Made by a program: the position numbers and the translations under genes
Assembly: GCA_963796965.1 (NCBI GenBank)
Contig: CAWCNS010000007.1
Span: forward strand, 1-64,000
Length of the DNA: 64,000 bases
Source of the DNA: Calditrichia bacterium
GTDB taxonomy: Bacteria; Calditrichota; Calditrichia; JAJRVZ01
Reading direction: 5' to 3'
The notes under the pieces: generated by a model
Seen by the model: the letters and a program-made list of their open reading frames with translations, nothing else
Told to the model about the DNA's origin: nothing
The model's database searches: none
Shown here: positions 31,502-41,577 of the stretch, piece by piece
How positions within the stretch are numbered: position 1 is the first letter of the stretch
Layout of the letters: every line of letters starts with the position of its first letter

Positions 31502-31653
31502 AATTATAAAGTGTAAAGGGTAGAGCGAAGAGAGCAGAGCCAGGGCAGAGTTGTTTCTTCCTCAGGGGAAAAGGAGTCCTTCGGACAGGATCTTTTGAAA
31601 AGGATTTTGAAATAAATTCAGAAGGACAAAATGAAAGATAAATATATTCTAAT

Positions 31654-32748
31654 ATGAAATTTAGTACAGTTTTTCTATCTAGTATCCTTGTAGTGGTATC
31701 CCTTACCACTGTTTATACACAGGATGGCCGATTTAATCTTGTACATGCCGATAGGTCCTATGGCCGATTGATCGATGGTGAAAAGGTACGTTACGCAACA
31801 GGAAATGTACAGGCCTATCAGGATACCATACAGATGTTTTGTGACGAGGTTGTTTTTTACGAGGAACGGAATATCGCCGAATTCTATGGAGAGGTTTTAA
31901 TCGATGATTCTCATCACCGTCTCTGGGCTGACAAGATTATATATTACGCTGATCCACGCACGGCACATTGTATTGGAAATGTAAGAATTAGTGGCGTGAA
32001 TGATTCTCTATATGCTGAGAATTTTATATATGAGTTTCGTGGAGGTGATGCTGAGGCGAAGGAGAATCTTTTTATATGGGATAAGGAAAGCAATGCCAGA
32101 ATTTGGGGAGATGTGGGACGATATAATGCTGAGAGAAGAGAGTCTCATATTATCGGAAATGCCCGTTTGCATCACAATGAGTCAACACAGAGCGATACCT
32201 TAATAATTACATCACGCTTGATGTCCTATTATGGTGAGGACCCAAAGCGAGCATTAGCTCTCGATAGTGTAAGGATTTTTAAAGGCGGCGTAAGTGCCTC
32301 CTGTGACTCCGCCACCTATTTTGTTACCGATGAGATGGTTACCCTGCGGTTAAAGCCTGTCGCCTGGCAGGGCGCAAGTGAAATGATTGGGAAAGAAATT
32401 GATTTTACGATGGATAGCCTAAAGATAGACCAAATTTTTCTTTATACAAAGGCGCAAATCAGTACCCTGGCGGACACAGTGGAAAATAAATATAATGTCT
32501 TGAGAGGTAAATCAATCCAGGTCTCCCTCGGAGAAGGTGTCCCCGAAAGAATTATTGCGCGTAGAAATGCCATTAGTATCTACCGAATCGAAGAAAATAA
32601 AATAAAGCAGGGAACAAATTCTGCAAGTTCAGACAGCATTATTGTTCACTTTAAAGAAGGTGAACTTGATAGTATTTCAATCATTGGCGGAACTGAGGGT
32701 ACCTTTTATCCGGCAGATTGGAAAGGAGAAATAAAGAGTGAGTATTAA
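31654..32748 (+). CDS. lptA: OstA/LptA-like beta-jellyroll protein
   Basis: Signal peptide, repeated GNV/ADKIIYY OstA-type strands, and position between lptC and lptB. Confidence 0.75.
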   Translation: MKFSTVFLSSILVVVSLTTVYTQDGRFNLVHADRSYGRLIDGEKVRYATGNVQAYQDTIQMFCDEVVFYEERNIAEFYGEVLIDDSHHRLWADKIIYYADPRTAHCIGNVRISGVNDSLYAENFIYEFRGGDAEAKENLFIWDKESNARIWGDVGRYNAERRESHIIGNARLHHNESTQSDTLIITSRLMSYYGEDPKRALALDSVRIFKGGVSASCDSATYFVTDEMVTLRLKPVAWQGASEMIGKEIDFTMDSLKIDQIFLYTKAQISTLADTVENKYNVLRGKSIQVSLGEGVPERIIARRNAISIYRIEENKIKQGTNSASSDSIIVHFKEGELDSISIIGGTEGTFYPADWKGEIKSEY

Positions 32749-33490
32749 TCCAAATAAAGAGGTTCCTGTACTACGATCGGAAAATTTAAAAAAAATATAT
32801 GGCAAAAGAACGGTGGTAAAAGATGCTTCGGTTTATGTTGCTCAGGGGGAGATTGTAGGGCTTCTTGGACCCAATGGCGCTGGTAAAACGACCACTTTTT
32901 ATATGATTACGGGCATGATAAAGCCTAATGCTGGTAAAATATATATTGATAATAAGGACATTACCAAAGTTGCCATGTACCGGCGTGCCCGACGAGGGGT
33001 ATCGTATTTACCGCAGGAGGCATCTATCTTCAGAAAATTATCCGTAGAGGATAATTTGTTAGCGATTATGCAGTTAATTGGCATTCCACGAAAAGATAGA
33101 AAGAATAAATGTGAGCAGTTACTCAATGAACTAAATATTACTCATATTGCAAAAAGTAAAGGGTATAATTTGTCCGGTGGAGAGAGGCGGAGAACAGAAA
33201 TTGCCCGTACACTTGTTACCAATCCCCGTTTTATCTTGCTTGATGAACCATTTGCAGGAGTCGATCCCATAGCCGTTGAAGATATTCAGAATATCGTATT
33301 TGGGTTAAAGGAAAGGGGAATCGGTGTATTAATTACGGATCACAATGTTCATGAGACTCTCTCTATTACCGACCGCGCTTACTTACTCTTTGAAGGTCGC
33401 ATTCTCAAAGAGGGGAATGCTGCTTTTCTGGCCAATGATCCGGAAGCAAAGAAACTCTATTTAGGGGAGAAGTTTAGGTTAGAGCGGTAA
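32738..33490 (+). CDS. lptB: LPS export ABC ATPase
   Basis: GPNGAGKTTTFY, YLPQEASIFRKL, LSGGERRR, LLDEPFAGVDP and ITDHNV. Confidence 0.95.
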   Translation: MSINPNKEVPVLRSENLKKIYGKRTVVKDASVYVAQGEIVGLLGPNGAGKTTTFYMITGMIKPNAGKIYIDNKDITKVAMYRRARRGVSYLPQEASIFRKLSVEDNLLAIMQLIGIPRKDRKNKCEQLLNELNITHIAKSKGYNLSGGERRRTEIARTLVTNPRFILLDEPFAGVDPIAVEDIQNIVFGLKERGIGVLITDHNVHETLSITDRAYLLFEGRILKEGNAAFLANDPEAKKLYLGEKFRLER

Positions 33491-33862
33491 GTTTAGGAAT
33501 TGGGAATTAGGGATTAGGAATTGGGAATTTATTTGGCATTTGGATTTGGAAATTAAGCATTGATTTGAGATGTGTGATAGGCGATACCCGATATAAAAAA
33601 TCTCCAGGTAATTTGTTAAACATGAAAAAGATGAATTTCTAATTATCTAAAATAGAAATAGTGAAAAACTTTGCATCTTTACGTCTCTGCGAGAAAAAAA
33701 TATCTTTAATCTACTATTAAATTAGTTTGATCCGTTGATAAGATTTAAAAATAACCGTAAATTTTACAGATAATATGTCGATAATTGGCAGTATTAAGTT
33801 CTGGATGGATAAGAATAGAAAATTCCTAGCCTCAATATAAGCATTCAGGAGTTCACGAATTT

Positions 33863-34282
33863 ATGAAGCGAATTCTATTTCTTTGCACAGATAATTCCAC
33901 CTTGAGTCAGATGGCTGAGGTGTTTATGAAAAGAATTACTTTTAACCGGGTTGAAGCATTTAGCGCTGGGATAAAACCAGCAACCGTGCATCCCATGACC
34001 ATTCGGGTTATGAAGGAGGTGGGAATCGATATCTCAAAAAGCCGGTCAAAATCCGTAAATGAATACTATCATTCCCGTTTTGACTATGTCATTACCATTC
34101 AAGACGAGGCAAGGCTGAATAGCCCTACCTTTCAGGGAAGCCATACCAAAATCCACAAAAGTTTGGATGATCCGGCCCTGGTCAAGGGAAGCGAAGCTGA
34201 GAAGGCAGAGGCTTTTAGAAATACCCGGGATCAGATAAAAGAATGGCTTGCAGATTTTGTTGAACGATATCAGCTATCATAA
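33863..34282 (+). CDS. ArsC/LMW-PTP fold protein lacking catalytic residues
   Basis: ILFLCTDNSTLSQMAE, SAG, FDYVITIQ and DDPA. Confidence 0.8.
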   Translation: MKRILFLCTDNSTLSQMAEVFMKRITFNRVEAFSAGIKPATVHPMTIRVMKEVGIDISKSRSKSVNEYYHSRFDYVITIQDEARLNSPTFQGSHTKIHKSLDDPALVKGSEAEKAEAFRNTRDQIKEWLADFVERYQLS

Positions 34283-34627
34283 ACACCCATATCTTTTCTG
34301 TATTTTACCCAAATAAATTAGATTAAATATATGCACCCGGAGTATTTTTAGATGCGTTAGGATAATTTAAAATTACCTGGTTTAAAGAGAATATAATTAT
34401 TTGTATATCCGATTTTTAAAAACTAAGAACACCAAGAAAACGCAAAGTTCACTAAGAATATATTATTAATAAAAACTTTGTGATCTTTATGCCTTCTTCG
34501 CGAACTTTGTGTTTAATCTTTTTTCTTTTTTACATCTGAATGGCCAGAGGCTGTCGATCACAACAATGGTGAGCCTTTGGTAATCCATGTTTTTAACACT
34601 ACTTTAAGGACTGGCAGGAGAATGTAA

Positions 34628-36094
34628 ATGAAGGACCGTAAATCAATAATTTTATTAATATTTTTTAGTATTCTTATATTATCACCATTAGCAGGTTCAA
34701 CTGATCTTCTCTTAGCAAGTGGAGATGCAGCCGGATCTGATTTGGGAAGTGAGTTGCCTTTATGGACGGCAATTCCATTTGCCGGAATTCTCCTTTCAAT
34801 TGCTATCTTCCCTCTATTTGCGCCACATTTTTGGCACCACCATTTTCCAAAAATTGCTGCAGCCTGGGCGCTTATATTCGCCATTCCATTTTTAATTGTC
34901 TATAAAGGACAGGCTGTCCACGAAATATTACATATCTATTTTATTGATTATATCCCCTTTATTATTCTATTATGGGGTCTTTTTACGATCTCTGGTGGTA
35001 TTTATATCAGAGGATCACTTAAGGGTACACCTATTCTTAATACATTTTTGATTCTCATTGGTACGCTTCTCGCTTCCTGGGTTGGTACAACGGGCGCGGC
35101 AATGATTATGATCCGTCCTCTTCTGAGAGCTAATGAGAATCGAAAACATAAAATCCATCTGATCGTGATTTTTATTTTCCTCGTCGCAAATATTGGTGGG
35201 ACTTTAACACCACTTGGAGATCCTCCCTTGTTCCTGGGGTTTTTACATGGGGTTGATTTCTTTTGGACCTTGGGATTGCTGCCTGAACTTATTGTCACTG
35301 CTGTCATTTTACTTGTTGTTCTTTTTATATGGGATACTATTCTTTATAAAAAAGAGGATCTTTCGGGTACTGAGAATATAGAGAAAGTACCTATTAGGGT
35401 TGAGGGAGCGTTTAACTTTATATTTCTCCTCGGTGTGGTCGGTGGTGTTTTATTCAGCGGTGTTGCTCAGATTGGTGATGTAAATGTCCTCGGCGTTCAT
35501 ATGCAAATTCAGGGTATTATGAGAGATGTGTGGATCATTGGAATGGGATTGCTATCCCTAAAGTTAACCTCGAAAGCGATACGAGAAGAAAATGAATTTT
35601 CCTGGTTCCCAATTCAGGAGGTGGCCTATCTCTTTGCAGGAATATTTATGACCATTATACCTGCTCTGGCTATTCTCAAAGCGGGGGAACATGGTGCCAT
35701 GGCGGCCCTGATTCAGGCTGTGGAAACCCCTCAACATTTTTTCTGGGTTACAGGATCTCTTTCCAGTTTTCTGGACAACGCGCCAACCTATCTGACCTTT
35801 TTTAACACAGCGTTGGGTAAATTGGGTTTGACCGAACCCATGGTCAGAGAAGCTTTTGCGGCAGGAACAATCAGTACTTCTTTTCCGGAATTTGAGAAAT
35901 TATTAATAGGCATCTCCCTTGGGGCAGTCTTTATGGGCGCAAATACTTATATTGGCAATGCACCCAATTTTATGGTCAAATCGATCGCTGAAGAAGCAGG
36001 AATTAAAATGCCCAGTTTCTTTGGCTATATGTTTAAATACTCCATTCCCATTCTGATCCCAGTTTTTATTATTGTAACACTCATCTTTCTATAA
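34628..36094 (+). CDS. IT-superfamily (ArsB/NhaD-like) putative Na+/H+ antiporter
   Basis: Many TM helices; ANIGGTLTPLGDPPLF, SSFLDNAPTY and TYIGNAPNF. Confidence 0.8.
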   Translation: MKDRKSIILLIFFSILILSPLAGSTDLLLASGDAAGSDLGSELPLWTAIPFAGILLSIAIFPLFAPHFWHHHFPKIAAAWALIFAIPFLIVYKGQAVHEILHIYFIDYIPFIILLWGLFTISGGIYIRGSLKGTPILNTFLILIGTLLASWVGTTGAAMIMIRPLLRANENRKHKIHLIVIFIFLVANIGGTLTPLGDPPLFLGFLHGVDFFWTLGLLPELIVTAVILLVVLFIWDTILYKKEDLSGTENIEKVPIRVEGAFNFIFLLGVVGGVLFSGVAQIGDVNVLGVHMQIQGIMRDVWIIGMGLLSLKLTSKAIREENEFSWFPIQEVAYLFAGIFMTIIPALAILKAGEHGAMAALIQAVETPQHFFWVTGSLSSFLDNAPTYLTFFNTALGKLGLTEPMVREAFAAGTISTSFPEFEKLLIGISLGAVFMGANTYIGNAPNFMVKSIAEEAGIKMPSFFGYMFKYSIPILIPVFIIVTLIFL

Positions 36095-36116
36095 AAAAGA
36101 TTATAATAATACTCAT

Positions 36117-36151
36117 AACCCCCGGCAGTAGAGCTTGCCGGGGGTTTTTTT
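36117..36151 (+). terminator. Rho-independent terminator
   Basis: Stem aacccccggca/tgccgggggtt followed by a T-run, downstream of the antiporter. Confidence 0.85.
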
Positions 36152-36389
36152 GTAAGATATATTATATAATTTAATTTTTTCAAACACAAAGAACTCAAAG
36201 AATTCACAAAGGTCACAAAGTTTTATTAAAGGAATAGATAAAAATAAGAGTCCGTATATAATTCGTGAAATTAGTATTAATTAGTGAAATTCGTGGATAA
36301 ATTCGTTTTGGCTTAGTGGCGCTGCGTGAGAAATTTTGAGGTAGAGATTCAACTGTTATTTAAAATGAGAATTATGTAAATTACGGCTT

Positions 36390-38190
36390 ATGGAAGCAAT
36401 TGCGCAGACACAAAATAAAATTAAAATCCTTCCGGTCAGTCTCTCCAATAAAATTGCCGCTGGTGAGGTCGTTGAACGCCCGGCTTCGGTGGTTAAAGGA
36501 GTTCATTGAAAATGCCATTGATGCAGGGGCCGATAAAATAGCATTAATTCTTAAGAAGAGTGGAAAAGAGTTAATTCAAATCGTGGATAGTGGGCAGGGA
36601 ATGGGAGTAGAAGACCTTAAACTTGCCTTCAAACGCCATGCTACCAGTAAGATATCTAAAGATGAAGATCTAGAGCAGATCGAGACATTGGGTTTTCGTG
36701 GCGAGGCCTTACCAAGCATTGCCTCTGTCTCACAAGTTGAGGTGGTTAGCCGGGAAAATGGAGCGAATATCGCTGAGCGGTTGTTTCTTGAGGGTGGGAC
36801 TGTAGTCAAAGAGGACAAGACGGCTGCACCGGTTGGGACGAATATAAAAATAAAACAGCTGTTTTTTAATACCCCCGCACGTAGAAACTTTCTCCGCGCT
36901 GACAGTACAGAATTACACCAGATAATTACGACTATAAAACGATTTTTTATTTCCTATCCGGATATCGAATTTGAGGTTCACCATGATGATTCCGAACTCT
37001 TCCACCTTAAAAGAGGGTCTATTGAGGAACGTTTAAAAGATGTTTTTGGAGAAGATCATTTTTCAGCGTTGATTTCTTTCAACGAACAACTTGGCGGTAT
37101 TGATCTCCAGGGTTTTGTATCCAGACCGGATAAGGTAAGACGGGTCCGTGGAAATCAATTCCTGTTTTTAAATGGACGTCCCATCCAAAATAAGTCTTTG
37201 AATCATGCCATAATGCAGGGATATGGAAACCTGATTCAACCCGGTGAATTTCCCCTCTATTGTATCTTCCTTGAACTTGATCCACGGCTGGTAGATGTAA
37301 ATGTCCACCCAAGTAAAATGGAAGTACGATTCTCAAATGATCGCAGTTTATATCACTTTTTCCTCTCAACTATTCGTAAAGCATTTCACGATCATAATGT
37401 TATCCCTAAAATGGGCATGGCAAATTCGGATGCGTTTTTGGCAAAATTTAACGATGATAAGAGTAGTGGAGATGTTCTGGCAGAATTGAAAAACCGGAAC
37501 CGGTTTATGGGGCGCGACAATGAACAACAATTAAGTCTGGTCTACTTTGAACATGACAATGAGGAAACACCTGCTGAGATAGAAACAGAGACAGAGGTGT
37601 CAACACATGTTGAAAATGTTGATGTTCAGTTCTGGCAGATACATAACCGCTATATATTATCACAGATTAAAAGTGGTATTGTGATCATCGATCAACATAT
37701 TGCCCATGAAAGAATTTTATTTGAACGAATATTAAGAATATTGCGTAAGGGAGAGCAGTCTGTTGGTCAACAACTTCTTTTTCCACAAACTATAACATTG
37801 TCAGTAGATGATTTTGTAAAATTCAAAGATATCGTCCATCTGCTTAATAAAATTGGATTTGTGTTGCGCATATTTAGTGGTACAACCATCGTTATTGATG
37901 CTATTCCTGTGGATGTAAAGATTGGCCGCGAGGCACAGATACTTCTTGATATTATTGATTATTACAAGGAAAATCCTGATCGTGAATTTGATCCAATGCA
38001 GCGAATTGCCGCGGCATTTTCCTGTAAAAATGCCATCAAATCAGGTGAATCACTGACTACGGCTCAAATGCATGCCATGATGGATCAATTGTTTGCCTGC
38101 GAATCCCCATATTTTTGCCCCCACGGAAGACCGGTTATCATCACCATGGATCTGGAAGAGTTTGACCGCAAATTTAAACGCATTACCTGA
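36390..38190 (+). CDS. mutL: DNA mismatch repair protein MutL (frameshift near 36499)
   Basis: [44 protein letters not shown] and CPHGRP. Confidence 0.95.
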
Positions 38191-38191
38191 G

Positions 38192-39115
38192 ATGGATGCC
38201 GTCCCCATTCTTGTTGGTCCCACGGCTGTTGGAAAAACGGCTGTTTCACTCCAAATTGCCAAAGAACTGCCCATCGAAATCATATCCGCTGATTCGAGAC
38301 AAATTTATAAATATCTTGATATTGGAACGGCCAAACCTGAATCTGATATATTAGAGAAAATCCCCCATCATTTTATCAATACGCTCAATCCTGAAGAATA
38401 TTTTAGTGCTGGCATGTTTGGGGAACAGGCGCGAGAATTGATAAATGAAATTCAGGCGAAAAATAAAATCCCTTTTATTGTCGGTGGATCTGGATTTTAT
38501 ATCCAGGCCCTTGTAGAGGGATTGTCTGAAATCGAAGGCGTCGATGAATCTGTTCGTAATGAAGTGACAAAGAGATGGGATAGTGAAGGTGCTGAAAATC
38601 TTTATAATGAACTTAAACAGGTTGATCGTCCTCTGGCAGAAAAGTTAAAACCTAAAGACAAACAAAGAATTCTGAGAGGATTGGAAGTCTATTATGTGAG
38701 TGGTCAAAAGCTTTCCGATTTACAGAAACGTACGCCTCAACCTGCTTCGTTCACAACTCGTATGGCGGGGATCATGGCGGAACGGAATTTATTATATGAG
38801 AAAATAAATCAGCGTGTTGATGAAATGATCAAACGAGGTCTGATAGAGGAAGTCAAGGGATTAATCCAATTGGGGTATAAGAAAGATCTAAATGCTCTGA
38901 ACACGGTAGGTTATAAAGAGGTCTTCGATTACCTTGATGGCAAACTTAGTCATGAAGAGATGGTGGAAGAGATAAAAAAGTACAGCCGCCGGTATGCCAA
39001 GAGACAATTAACCTGGTTCCGGAGAGATGAACGGATAAAATGGTTCAATATTAATGATTACGACACACTACAGCACTTAGCAGAAAACATTCTGAATTTT
39101 TATCAAAATCATTGA
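38192..39115 (+). CDS. miaA: tRNA dimethylallyltransferase
   Basis: GPTAVGKT, SADSRQIY, IGTAKP and YAKRQLTW; mutL-miaA synteny. Confidence 0.95.
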   Translation: MDAVPILVGPTAVGKTAVSLQIAKELPIEIISADSRQIYKYLDIGTAKPESDILEKIPHHFINTLNPEEYFSAGMFGEQARELINEIQAKNKIPFIVGGSGFYIQALVEGLSEIEGVDESVRNEVTKRWDSEGAENLYNELKQVDRPLAEKLKPKDKQRILRGLEVYYVSGQKLSDLQKRTPQPASFTTRMAGIMAERNLLYEKINQRVDEMIKRGLIEEVKGLIQLGYKKDLNALNTVGYKEVFDYLDGKLSHEEMVEEIKKYSRRYAKRQLTWFRRDERIKWFNINDYDTLQHLAENILNFYQNH

Positions 39116-39896
39116 TAATCTAATGGTGTCTCTTCCTAAAACCGTATCACCATACTGTTGGATAAATCTTTTAGAAGACTGGTTCGCTCAAACCCGTAAG
39201 CATATGAGACTCAGATCATAAATACATAGGCATGAGAAAGCATTATTGTAATCAAAAGGTTTTTTATACTACTATCAATTTCTTTAAACCGAACTTCGTA
39301 TCAGTTTTCCCCTCCCTAATCAGATTAGGGAGGGGGATTGAAAGGATTTAGTTAGTAAATATACATTTGTAATTGTTGGTTTCTTTTTATAGAATTGAGA
39401 TACAAAATAGTTAGGTAAAGGTAGTGTCATCCCGATAGAATCGGGATATGAAAAAATGAAAAAAAGGATTAAAAGATGAAACCATCCCGTACAAGCCTGG
39501 CTTTACCAAGCCTACGGGACAGGCAGAGGCCACAGAGAAATACTCAGAGAACTCCTAAAGAATATTATCTTAAAGATATTACTAAAATAATCACCTGTGG
39601 TTTGATTTATCAGAAAAGTTCATTCTTCTCTTAGACCAGATCTATATGATATATCTGAAAGCAGAAAAGCTACAAGTTGGACTATTGATCAATTTTAATG
39701 TTGACAAATTAAAAGAGGGAATAAGGAGAGTCTTATTATAAGATATCACAAAGGGGAGATAATGAGAAAAAATATTAACATAAATAATATTAATAAGTTA
39801 CTCTGTGTGCTCTGCCTGCCCCGTAAAGTCTGACGGAGTCAGATTTGTACGGGGTGGTTATTTTTTACACTACCTGTAAATTAGTAGGAGTAATAA

Positions 39897-41270
39897 ATGA
39901 ACAGTAAACCGATGATTAAATATTTAATAACACTAGTTATCTCAACTATTTTTATTCATACTGTATCAGCCCAGGATACCCATTACTGGAATCTTCAGTA
40001 TGGCACGCGGTCCAATCTGTTGGGGGGGGCTGTTATCGGTAGTGTAAACGATATGGCTGCTACTTATTATAATCCGGCGGCTCTGGCGCTATTTCCGACA
40101 CCGGAAATATTACTCAGTGGAAAAGTGTATCAGTATAGTTCTCTAAGCCTGAATAACGGCGCCGGGCCCGGGAAGGATTTGACCTCCAGTACTATCGAGG
40201 CTGCTCCTACTCTTTTTGCCGGTTCCTTTACCTTTGATTGGCTTGGTGATCATACGTTGTCTTATTCAATACTCACCCGACAGCGTATGAATTTTGGTAT
40301 TGAAGGACGCCGCGGTGGTGTTCGTGATACAGAGTCAGGTGACGAATTAGTAGCCGGTGAGTTAATCGCCAATCAGGAGTTGTCTGATTTATGGGTTGGC
40401 TTGACCTGGGCTTTGAAGCTCAGCCCCCAAATAGCCATCGGTGTTACGCCCTATCTTTCGGTACGGGACCAAAAAACACGTAAACACGCCTACACCGAAA
40501 TTTTAGATCCGCTGGGAGATGTCTCGGCCGCCATTATAACACAGCAATTTGAATATAAAAATTATCGTCTGTTAGCTAAAGCCGGAATTGGTGCAAATTT
40601 TGATCCATTGACCTTGGGTGTATCTCTTACAACACCTAGCCTCTCCTTGAGTGGAAGCGGATCATCATTGGTCAACCTGATCAATACAGGTGATGCCTCA
40701 AGTGATGAAACCATTTTTCTAGCGAATTATCAACAAGAGGTTACGGCCCGTCATCATCTGCCGCTTTCCATAGGCTTCGGGGCCGGTTACCGCCTTGGAA
40801 AACATCGTATACATTTCAGTACAGAATGGTATGATAAAGTCGACAGATATGATAACCTGGATACAGAGGATTTTATAGGTCAAAGCAGCGGTGAGACATT
40901 TTCTAACCGGGTGGATAGCGAATTGAAAAGCGTACTCAATTATGGATTTGGCTTTGAATTCTATATTAGTGAACAGTTAAATCTTTATCTCAGCTATATT
41001 ACGGATTTCTCAGCAGCTGTTCTGGATACCAAAACAAACCTGACTGTTTCGACCTGGGATATATACCACATCTCCACAGGCGCGTCTTTTGCCATTGGCC
41101 GGTCGGAATTTACCCTGGGCGTCAACTACGCCTTTGGCTCGGATAAGATAAAGGGTCCGGTAAATCTTCCTGAAGGTGATATAAAAAATACCCTGGGCGA
41201 TCTTCTTCAAAATTCAACTGTTGATTATACACGTTTAAAATTTTTGATTGGATTTTCTTTCGAGATTTAG
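39897..41270 (+). CDS. FadL/OmpP1-like outer-membrane beta-barrel protein
   Basis: Signal peptide, LGGA...ATYYNPAAL, and C-terminal alternating strand FLIGFSFEI. Confidence 0.7.
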   Translation: MNSKPMIKYLITLVISTIFIHTVSAQDTHYWNLQYGTRSNLLGGAVIGSVNDMAATYYNPAALALFPTPEILLSGKVYQYSSLSLNNGAGPGKDLTSSTIEAAPTLFAGSFTFDWLGDHTLSYSILTRQRMNFGIEGRRGGVRDTESGDELVAGELIANQELSDLWVGLTWALKLSPQIAIGVTPYLSVRDQKTRKHAYTEILDPLGDVSAAIITQQFEYKNYRLLAKAGIGANFDPLTLGVSLTTPSLSLSGSGSSLVNLINTGDASSDETIFLANYQQEVTARHHLPLSIGFGAGYRLGKHRIHFSTEWYDKVDRYDNLDTEDFIGQSSGETFSNRVDSELKSVLNYGFGFEFYISEQLNLYLSYITDFSAAVLDTKTNLTVSTWDIYHISTGASFAIGRSEFTLGVNYAFGSDKIKGPVNLPEGDIKNTLGDLLQNSTVDYTRLKFLIGFSFEI

Positions 41271-41577
41271 TGACGGAAAGATTTGGGTTGAAACAGCAAA
41301 TATTATGCTGGTACACAGCAGTCAATAGGATGTAGTCGATATCATTGCCCTGGCAAAGGCCACTTATTGAAAGATGGTTCAAAATCTTGTGTGGATTATA
41401 ATACCTTCGCAACTCCTTTGGCTGCCAGGAAACTTTCTGCAAACATCGTTAATTTAAATCCGGCTATGAGAGGCTTATTTATGCCATTTAGTAGAGTGAT
41501 CCTAAGAAAAACATCCGGATTTTGAAAGTACATGAATTAAGTCTTTATTAAATCATAATCGAGTTACAAATGATATT

